Below, one piece after another: positions 46,740 to 54,495 of a DNA stretch of 54,495 nt. How positions within the stretch are numbered: position 1 is the first letter of the stretch; the number at the start of each line of letters is the position of its first letter. The DNA is taken from positions 1 to 54,495 of the IMG/VR virus record IMGVR_UViG_3300002091_000037. One strand, 5' to 3'. Source of the DNA: a virus (taxonomy: Duplodnaviria > Caudoviricetes). Below the pieces are notes generated by a model. It had not been told where the DNA came from and did not search any database. It saw nothing but the letters and a program-made list of their open reading frames with translations. The translations under genes were made by a program, and so were the position numbers.

Positions 46740-47354
46740 ATGAACGACTTTGACTCCGTAGGAAATCGCAAGAGTTACTTAGATGACTCTGACCCAGAAC
46801 ATAACCCAGATCAATACCGTATGGATCGAGGTGGGCTAGTTACCACTGACAACGGCATTGCAGACAGACTGTTAAAAAACGATGCATTATACAACGCCAT
46901 GAAAGGCGATTGGAAACGCAGCGATTTTAACAAGAGCCGAAACATACGTGTAACAACTGGCCGTGAAGATGGCAAGTTTTACATACAAAAAGAACAGTTC
47001 AACGTGGAATATATACGTGAACAATGTCAAGAATACCGTAAACGTGCCGAAGCCGGATACATGGATCCCTTAGCACCAGTAATGCCAGATGGCAAGTTGG
47101 GCCACAAGTGGATTGAACTACCCGAAATCCTAGCACAGGATATTGGCAACAAATACTTTGGTGGCCTAAGTTGGCACACCATCAAACGCGACAGAACACT
47201 GAAAGCACAGTTCTATCGTGTGGTGCAACAGGAATACAATGACTTTGTCTGCTATCCAGGTGGACGGTTACCCATTCCCATAGAAGTGCCATATCCCACA
47301 GCAGTTGGACAAAAGGCCTTCTTTGCGGGTGCTAATTTTGCAGGAACACACTAA
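46740..47354 (+). CDS. Conserved hypothetical protein
   Basis: Homologue of 11917..12537. Confidence 0.8.
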   Translation: MNDFDSVGNRKSYLDDSDPEHNPDQYRMDRGGLVTTDNGIADRLLKNDALYNAMKGDWKRSDFNKSRNIRVTTGREDGKFYIQKEQFNVEYIREQCQEYRKRAEAGYMDPLAPVMPDGKLGHKWIELPEILAQDIGNKYFGGLSWHTIKRDRTLKAQFYRVVQQEYNDFVCYPGGRLPIPIEVPYPTAVGQKAFFAGANFAGTH

Positions 47355-48079
47355 TGTCAACACAAATTAATGACGCAAATGGCCTAGTCAGTTATCTAGA
47401 AGACTTTACCGGATCAAACAACAACAGCGAGATCAAACAGTGTATATACTTGGCTGAACTCATGATGCGTAACATTGAGTTACCAGCATTGCGCACAGAT
47501 CCCTATACCACAACGGGCACAGCAGATGAAAATGGCTATGTGCCAATTCCCGCCAATATGAACAAGCCCATCCTGTTCTTTAATCAAGGTAATCAAGGCA
47601 CTAGTGTAAACTCAGGTCCTTGGATTGTTTATGATCGTATTGGTGATAGAGATATCATTACAATGCAATTGGTAGAAAACATGTTCTTGAATCCAGTTAA
47701 TGTGCCGCAAGTGTATCGTGGCAAGTTTGGCGAAGTAGGACAGAACTATGAATTTACACCAGGCTTGGGTGCTGGCAATATCATCAACATGTATTACTAT
47801 ACCACATGGCCCTTGTTGTTTGCCATAGACAGCAATGACGAACCTGTGCTGAACAATGTGGTATTGCAGTCATGGCCCGAAGGTTATGTTTACGGAACAC
47901 TACACAATTATTATCTCAAACGCAAAATGTTTGATGATGCTGGCTTTTGGAAAGCCAAATTTGATGAGGCTTGGAACACAGTCGAAGATCAAAACAACAA
48001 AGGTAAATGGGCTGGCGGTCATAATAGGTTAACCAGTATATTCCAACCAAGACGAGACAGACGCTACTCACTACGATAA
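47354..48079 (+). CDS. Probable head-tail adaptor
   Basis: Homologue of 12537..13517 without the insert. Confidence 0.65.
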   Translation: MSTQINDANGLVSYLEDFTGSNNNSEIKQCIYLAELMMRNIELPALRTDPYTTTGTADENGYVPIPANMNKPILFFNQGNQGTSVNSGPWIVYDRIGDRDIITMQLVENMFLNPVNVPQVYRGKFGEVGQNYEFTPGLGAGNIINMYYYTTWPLLFAIDSNDEPVLNNVVLQSWPEGYVYGTLHNYYLKRKMFDDAGFWKAKFDEAWNTVEDQNNKGKWAGGHNRLTSIFQPRRDRRYSLR

Positions 48080-48089
48080 GGATTAAGTT

Positions 48090-51000
48090 ATGCCATCATT
48101 ATATGGTTTTACAGGCAACGCAAATGTATCTGTGACAAATACAACTGGACTGTATCAACTTTCCAGTAACACAGGTATAGTTCAAAACGCATATGGCAAC
48201 TTGAATGTGGCTGCCTATTTGCCCACTTACACAGGTAATGTGTCAAGTGCGGGCCTGGGCCTTAGTGGTATCTTCACTGACCATTATTACTATGCCAATG
48301 GCGCACCATTTATTGGTGGCAGTGGTGGCGCAGGAACCTATAGCAATGCCAATGTTGCGGCTTATTTGACCACAAGCACTGGAAACATACAAGCCGGAAA
48401 CATTACAGTATTGGGCAACTTGTATGTGCAAGGTAATACCATTACCAGATACACTGCCAATACCATTGCCAGTCAAATTATTGCCAATGGTGCTATTCCC
48501 AGCACCAGCACCACAACAGGTGCCTTACAAAGTTATGGTGGCTTGGGCGTACAAGGCAACATCAACGCTGGTGCAGTTTACACAAACAATTATTTTTATG
48601 CCAATGGCACACCATTTGCGTCAAGCAGTTATGGTAACAGCAATGTCAGTGCTTACATGGCCGGCGGTACTTTGGGCAACATCATAGTCACAGGCAATGT
48701 CAAGGCCTATGGTGCCATTGTTTCTACTAACTTTACATATCCCAATGGTGTCAGTATTCTTAGCGGAGTTACTGCCAACTATGGTAATGCCAACGTAACA
48801 GCATTACTTGCTGGCACAGTTACTATTGGTAACTTGACCACAGTCAATGGAGTATTTTGGCCCAATGGTGAACCCTACAGCAGTGGCAGTGTCATCAACA
48901 CATATGGCAACGCCAATGTTGCGGCTTATTTGAGCAGCAACACTGATCCCACAATCAGTAACCTAAATGCCAACACACAACAGCAACAAGCACAGATCAA
49001 CACAATCAATGCCAATGTAACTGCCGCAAATGTAAACATACAAACCATTAGTGCCAACTTGGGCGCATTTGAAACTGCAACCAATCTAAGTCTTGCAGGG
49101 GCCAATGCCGCAATTGCCGCTACCAATGCCAACATTGGCAGTTTCTATACCTATGCCAATGCCACCTATAGTACGCAAGCCAATGCTGGTAGTTTACAGA
49201 ATCAGATCAATGGTGCCAATGCCGCAATCATAACAGCCAATACTGCTATGAAGAATTATGTAGATGCTGGCAACACTACAATGACCAATTATGTCAACAA
49301 TCAAGTTACCACTGCTAACACAGCAATGAAAAACTATGTTGATGCAGCCAACACCATACAAAGCAATCAGATTACCACATTGTCAAATGGTCAAACTGGT
49401 GCCAACGCAAGTATTAGTGCGTTACAAGCCAACGTGGGTAGTTTCTATACCTATGCCAATGCCACATATTCAACTCAAGCCAATGCAGGTGCATTGCAGA
49501 ACCAAATAACTGGTGCTAATGTAAACATACAAACCATTAGTGCCAATTTGGGCAGTTTTGAAACATATGCCAATGCCACATATTCAACTCAAGCCAATGC
49601 AGGTAGTTTGCAGAATCAAATAACTGGTGCTAATGTAAACATACAAACCATTAGTGCCAATTTGGGCAGTTTTGAAACATATGCCAATGCAACTTACAGT
49701 ACCATTGCCAATGCGGCCTCATTGCAGAGTCAGATCACGGGAGCAAACGTTGCAATTGTAACTGCAAATACGGCAATGAAATCATATGTAGATGCTGCCA
49801 ATAGCATACAATCTGCACAGATTACGACCCTACAAGGACAGGTTTACAGCAACGCCAATGCAGCCAGCTATCTAACTGTGTACACTGGTAATATTCAGGC
49901 AGGCAATGTATCCATACTAACTGACTTATCGGTTGGTGGCAATACAATTATTACTGGTAACTTGACTGTATATGGTAACACAACAACAATCAATTCAAAT
50001 GTCATTACCACAAATGACTTAAACATCACAGTTGGTAATAACCAAACCTCAGGTGCTGCATTGAACAATGCAGGTATTGATGTTGGTAGTAACAACTTGG
50101 CCACTTGGAGATTCAACAATGCTTCAACAAGTTGGCAATCAAACATCAACATTACTCCACAAAGTAATGCAGTATACAATTTAGGTGCACCAACACTGCA
50201 ATGGAATACCATTTATGGTAGAGATGTGCAGGCCGCAACTGCCACATACACAGGCAATGTCACTGCTGGTAATGTGTCAGCAACAAACTTAACCAACCAA
50301 TACAACTTTTTGCAAGGTGAGATTGATGGAGCAAATGCTGCCATTATAACTGCCAATACTGCTATGAAATCATATGTGGATGCAGCCAATACTGTAATGA
50401 CCAATTATGTCAATAATCAAGTCACTACAGCCAATACTGCAATGAAATCATATGTGGATGCAGCCAATACGATTCAAAGCAATCAGATCAACACAATCAA
50501 TAATAATATTATTGGGGCTAACGCGGCAATACAAACACTAAGTGCCAATGTGGGCGCATTTGAAACTGCAACTAACCTAAGCCTTGCAGGTGCTAACGCG
50601 GCAATACAATCAACAAACGCCAATATTGGCAGTTTCTATACATACGCAAATGCCACATATAGTACCATAGCAAATGCGGCAAGTTTACAAAGCCAAATTA
50701 CGGGAGCAAATGCTGCCATTATAACTGCCAATACTGCAATGAAGGCATATGTTGACGCAGCCAACACCGTCCAGAGTGATCAAATACAAACTATCAGTGC
50801 CAACTTGGGTGCATATGAAATTTACGCCAACGCAGCCATTACCAGTATCAACGGCAATGTAACTGCGGCCAATGCCGCAATACAAACATTAAGCGCCAAT
50901 GTGGGTGCATTTGAAACTGCAACCAATTTAAGTTTATCAGGTGCTAATGCGGCAATACAATCAACAAATGCTAATATTGGCAGTTTCTATACCTATGCAA

Positions 51001-54000
51001 ATGCCACATATTCAACTATCTCAAATGCGGCAAGCCAACAAACACAAATTAACACTTTAATAACACAGGTATATGCCAATGCCAATGTGTCAGCATACTT
51101 GCCAATTTATACTGGTTATATGGGCGGTACTGCCAATAACATTAACATTTATTCTACTACCAGCACTAATCCTTGGGCAGTTATTCCAATTGTAGGTAAT
51201 GCTGCTACTGGTAGTCAAGCACCGTTTGTTGATGCTGCCTTACCTGGTGCATATAACAGTACATTCTATGCCAATACATTGATTAATAATTTTGGTAACA
51301 GTACCGGCTCCATCAATTACTACAATTTGTCAGGCAACATTGTATATGCCAGTACATCTGGTTACGACGCTGGATTGGGTTTTTGGAGATCAACTGATGC
51401 GGGTACAACTTGGAGTCAACAAACTACATCAACTTATGCCACTTGGTATTATCATGTTCCTTATTATACTGGTGCCGCGTTTGTTGCTGGCGTTCACGCA
51501 GGAACAGGAACCACGTACGGTATATATAGAAGTCTTGATGGCGGAACAAGTTGGACCAGCACATTAGCCAATTATGGTAGTAAGAGCAATCAATGTTGGG
51601 CCACAAGCGGATCTAACACAATTGGAGCTTTTGAAAGAACTTACGGTAGTAGTGGCAATGCAGGTGGTATTTGGATATCTAGTAACAATGGCGCCAGTTG
51701 GACAAATGCATTTGGTACAGGTACCAGTTATACAAATGGCTACGTAGAAGCAGTATACAATACAGGCACTGGCAGAATATTAGCAGGTATAAGCGGCACT
51801 ACATATCGTAGTGTCTATTATTCTACAGATGATGGTGCTTCATGGAGTGCAACTAACGCACCTTATGGCATGCAGCCAGTCTCTTTCTTAAATACCGGGA
51901 CAGCCATATTAGCAGGATGTTTTGGAAATGGTACTTCCAGTAGAGGTATTTGGAAATCTACAGACAACGGTACTAATTGGTCACAAGTGTTGTCAAATGG
52001 TGAATATATCAACACCATAGTTAAATTAGACAGCGGAATTTTACTAGCCGGCACCAACAGTATTAATGGCGGCATATATAGAAGTCTCGATGGAGGAGAC
52101 ACTTGGGCCATAGTCCCGGGATCTACTACTTCAATTCAAGGCCCGTTAACAGCAACACAAGGCATATTATCTATAAATGGCGGCACAAGAATACTTGGCG
52201 GTAATGGATTCGACGGTAGTCAGACCAATCTTGTTACTTTAACAACACAACCCGTTGGCCTATTTTGGAACGGTAATACCAATACACTTAATGTAGCACA
52301 AGGCACTGTTACCGCAGCCAATGTGATTTCAACTAATGGCTACTATTGGGCCAATGGTGCACCTTATGCAACATCTACTATAGATAACACATATGGTAAT
52401 GCCAATGTGGCAGCATACTTGCCTACATACAATGGTAACCTAGGTGGCACACTGACAACAGCAGCACAGACCAACATAACCAGTATTGGTACATTGGATT
52501 CATTAAATGTCACAAATGCAATAACTGGCGGTAGCATATTAACTGCGACTGGTGTGTATTGGTCCGGTAACGGTCAACCATACAGCACTGGTGGCGGCAG
52601 TTCAACATATGGTAATGCCAACGTTGCTGCCTACTTGCCCACAGACAGCACAATTATTGCAATCAATGCCAACGTTGCTGGTGCCAATGCGGCACAGACG
52701 GCAGCCAATACTATACAAAGCAATCAAATTAATGCTATAAATGCCAATGTGGGCAGTTTCTATACATACGCCAACGCTACGTATTCAACACAGGCCAATG
52801 CTGGTAGTTTACAAAATCAAATTACAGGTGCCAATGCGGCAATAGTAACTGCCAACACAGCAATGAAGTCATATGTTGATGCAGGCAATACCATACAGAG
52901 CAATCAAATTGACACATTGACCAGCGGACAAACTGCTGCCAATGCTGCAATACAAACCATAAGTGCTAACCTAGGTTCATTTGAAACTTGGGCCAACGCC
53001 AACTTTGTAACCACAGGCGGCACATACAGCAACACCAACGTCACTGCTTATTTGGCAGGCACTGTGAGTGTTGGCAACATTGCCAGTGCAAATGGTTACT
53101 TCTGGAGCAACGGCACTGCTTATTCAACTGGCGGCGGTTCAAGTGGAGTAACACAAATTGTTGCTGGCACTAATTTAAATATTAGTCCAAGTGGTGGTAC
53201 TGGCGTTGTTACAATTAACGCCAACACACAACCAGGCACATACACCAACAGCAATGTCACTAACTTGTTAAGTGGTGGCACATACACAGGAGATGTCATT
53301 GCAACAACTGGCGTAGTAAATGCCAGTGCAATGACTGCTACTGGTGCATTAACAGCAGGTAGTTATCTACAAGCCAATAATGGCTTATATTCAATTGACA
53401 CATTTTCTGGCACCTACAGTGATGGTATTGTTGTTGATTATGCAACAGGTAGCGGACGCATCAGCGTTGGCACTGCAGACAATTTAACATTCTATACAGG
53501 TGGTGTAGCGGCTACACAAACACTACAGTTGGCCAGTAATGGTGCTGCTATTGCAGGTAACTTAATAACCACAAACGGCGTATTCTGGAGCAATGGTGTT
53601 GCATATTCAACTGGTGGTGGCTCTAGTGGAGTAACAAGTATCACAGCAGGCACGGGTATTACAGCCAATGCCGCAACAGGTGCAGTCAGCATTACCAACG
53701 CAGGTGTAACTGCTATTGTTGCTGGTTCAGGTATCACTGCTAATGCCTCAACAGGTGTAGTCTCAATTAGTTCTACAGGTGGTGGAACAACATTTAATGG
53801 CAACTTGTTAGGCAATACCTTAGTTGACACAACTAACAATCGTGTGACAATTAATGCAAGTCCATACAGTGATCCTGGTATTCAGCCACCCTTGTGGCAG
53901 AACATGAAGAATAATCCGCCTGTGTATATTGGTGGTGTATTGCAACCACCAACATATCCCAACATCAACAATTTGATCAGTAACGACAGTTACCTGATGT

Positions 54001-54495
54001 TTACCACAAGCAACATTGGATTGCAAAGCAGTTACCAAACCACAAACACACGATTTACCAACGGTATATTGAACTATCAAAGTGCATGGCCAGTGACTGC
54101 CAACACTATGACCAATAATGACCGTTTGCGTAATACTACCAGCATATTAGATCTTAACATGGCCGGTAAGTCTTGGGGCACTACTGCATCATCAACATTC
54201 AATGCTGCAGTTGGAGTTCAACAGAATTTCTTAAACTTATATGGCAATGGATATGTTACATCTGGCGCAGGCACAGGCAGTGTAATTTATATAACACCAA
54301 TTGGCACTGCATTGGGCACAGGACTCAGTGCAAACATCACTTATGCCACTGGTGTTGTGAGTGCGGTGCAACATCAAACCACATATGGCTCAACTAACAC
54401 AGCCAACATCACATATGCTCGTGGATATACTGCACAGGTAAATCTAGGCAGTAACAGCGCGGCAGTGACCAATGCCATTGGTTTCCATACTCCTA
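48090..54495 (+). CDS. Very long tail fibre, >2130 aa, 3'-truncated by the window (not in ORF track)
   Basis: AAGGA RBS, starts MPSLYGFTGN; still in frame at the window end (...TNAIGFHTP, cf. TNAVGLH in unit A); YGNANVAAYL, TANTAMKSYVDAAN and GSFYTYANATYS repeats; Asp-box domain at ~51300-52200. Confidence 0.85.
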   Translation, partial: MPSLYGFTGNANVSVTNTTGLYQLSSNTGIVQNAYGNLNVAAYLPTYTGNVSSAGLGLSGIFTDHYYYANGAPFIGGSGGAGTYSNANVAAYLTTSTGNIQAGNITVLGNLYVQGNTITRYTANTIASQIIANGAIPSTSTTTGALQSYGGLGVQGNINAGAVYTNNYFYANGTPFASSSYGNSNVSAYMAGGTLGNIIVTGNVKAYGAIVSTNFTYPNGVSILSGVTANYGNANVTALLAGTVTIGNLTTVNGVFWPNGEPYSSGSVINTYGNANVAAYLSSNTDPTISNLNANTQQQQAQINTINANVTAANVNIQTISANLGAFETATNLSLAGANAAIAATNANIGSFYTYANATYSTQANAGSLQNQINGANAAIITANTAMKNYVDAGNTTMTNYVNNQVTTANTAMKNYVDAANTIQSNQITTLSNGQTGANASISALQANVGSFYTYANATYSTQANAGALQNQITGANVNIQTISANLGSFETYANATYSTQANAGSLQNQITGANVNIQTISANLGSFETYANATYSTIANAASLQSQITGANVAIVTANTAMKSYVDAANSIQSAQITTLQGQVYSNANAASYLTVYTGNIQAGNVSILTDLSVGGNTIITGNLTVYGNTTTINSNVITTNDLNITVGNNQTSGAALNNAGIDVGSNNLATWRFNNASTSWQSNINITPQSNAVYNLGAPTLQWNTIYGRDVQAATATYTGNVTAGNVSATNLTNQYNFLQGEIDGANAAIITANTAMKSYVDAANTVMTNYVNNQVTTANTAMKSYVDAANTIQSNQINTINNNIIGANAAIQTLSANVGAFETATNLSLAGANAAIQSTNANIGSFYTYANATYSTIANAASLQSQITGANAAIITANTAMKAYVDAANTVQSDQIQTISANLGAYEIYANAAITSINGNVTAANAAIQTLSANVGAFETATNLSLSGANAAIQSTNANIGSFYTYANATYSTISNAASQQTQINTLITQVYANANVSAYLPIYTGYMGGTANNINIYSTTSTNPWAVIPIVGNAATGSQAPFVDAALPGAYNSTFYANTLINNFGNSTGSINYYNLSGNIVYASTSGYDAGLGFWRSTDAGTTWSQQTTSTYATWYYHVPYYTGAAFVAGVHAGTGTTYGIYRSLDGGTSWTSTLANYGSKSNQCWATSGSNTIGAFERTYGSSGNAGGIWISSNNGASWTNAFGTGTSYTNGYVEAVYNTGTGRILAGISGTTYRSVYYSTDDGASWSATNAPYGMQPVSFLNTGTAILAGCFGNGTSSRGIWKSTDNGTNWSQVLSNGEYINTIVKLDSGILLAGTNSINGGIYRSLDGGDTWAIVPGSTTSIQGPLTATQGILSINGGTRILGGNGFDGSQTNLVTLTTQPVGLFWNGNTNTLNVAQGTVTAANVISTNGYYWANGAPYATSTIDNTYGNANVAAYLPTYNGNLGGTLTTAAQTNITSIGTLDSLNVTNAITGGSILTATGVYWSGNGQPYSTGGGSSTYGNANVAAYLPTDSTIIAINANVAGANAAQTAANTIQSNQINAINANVGSFYTYANATYSTQANAGSLQNQITGANAAIVTANTAMKSYVDAGNTIQSNQIDTLTSGQTAANAAIQTISANLGSFETWANANFVTTGGTYSNTNVTAYLAGTVSVGNIASANGYFWSNGTAYSTGGGSSGVTQIVAGTNLNISPSGGTGVVTINANTQPGTYTNSNVTNLLSGGTYTGDVIATTGVVNASAMTATGALTAGSYLQANNGLYSIDTFSGTYSDGIVVDYATGSGRISVGTADNLTFYTGGVAATQTLQLASNGAAIAGNLITTNGVFWSNGVAYSTGGGSSGVTSITAGTGITANAATGAVSITNAGVTAIVAGSGITANASTGVVSISSTGGGTTFNGNLLGNTLVDTTNNRVTINASPYSDPGIQPPLWQNMKNNPPVYIGGVLQPPTYPNINNLISNDSYLMFTTSNIGLQSSYQTTNTRFTNGILNYQSAWPVTANTMTNNDRLRNTTSILDLNMAGKSWGTTASSTFNAAVGVQQNFLNLYGNGYVTSGAGTGSVIYITPIGTALGTGLSANITYATGVVSAVQHQTTYGSTNTANITYARGYTAQVNLGSNSAAVTNAIGFHTP
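49507..49690 (+). repeat. 114-bp-period tandem repeat in the unit B fibre (38-aa unit)
   Basis: TAACTGGTGCTAATGTAAACATACAAACCATTAGTGCCAATTTGGGCAGTTTTGAAACATATGCCAATGC identical at 49507 and 49621. Confidence 0.85.

Larger units (their letters stand above)
33344..54495 (+). mobile_element. Phage unit B: divergent relative of unit A, truncated by the window end inside the tail fibre gene
   Basis: Syntenic homologues of the unit A genes from 213 to ~17000, with many synonymous differences and unit-specific insertions. Confidence 0.85.

Noticed and set aside
13530-54495. Diversity-generating retroelement acting on the fibres
   Set aside because: No reverse transcriptase, and no repeat pair seen that differs only at adenines
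1-54495. Alternative genetic code or stop-codon reassignment
   Set aside because: Core genes are full length and densely packed under the standard code; TAA, TGA and TAG all end genes at positions matching their homologues
1-54495. tRNA or rRNA genes and host chromosomal flanks
   Set aside because: No cloverleaf or rRNA-like segment seen in the few intergenic gaps; dps, sod and groES are embedded in phage operons rather than host context

Overview
The window is entirely phage-derived. It holds two related but clearly distinct P22-like (short-tailed, podovirus-type) genomes joined head-to-tail: unit A is complete (about 125-33343, period 33,219 bp) and unit B is partial (33344 to beyond 54495). 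A 124-bp origin-like stretch at the start belongs to neither junction as seen at 33.3 kb. Both units encode TerS, TerL, portal, scaffold, major capsid, adaptor and tail fibre; unit A also shows the tail hub, fibre chaperone and ejection-type proteins. In the complete unit I cannot recognise a DNA polymerase, primase/helicase, integrase, repressor, sigma factor or endolysin. Many gene boundaries instead carry a T4-late-promoter-like TAAATA box, often only 4-5 nt before an ATG with no Shine-Dalgarno sequence, and three perfect TTGACA-N17-TATAAT promoters each contain TAAATA in the spacer. Best hypothesis (inference): a virion-encoding satellite or hyperparasite that relies on a large T4-like helper for late transcription, replication and lysis, possibly in tandem arrays of variants. 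An assembly chimera of two co-occurring relatives cannot be excluded. Unit-specific cargo includes Dps, GroES, an FkbM methyltransferase and HNH nucleases (A), and Fe/Mn SOD, endonuclease VII and a Gln/Ala-rich gene (B). The two tail fibres differ strongly; B's contains a six-Asp-box propeller. Several candidate structured RNAs are present. All calls come from visual motif recognition; no database searches were run.
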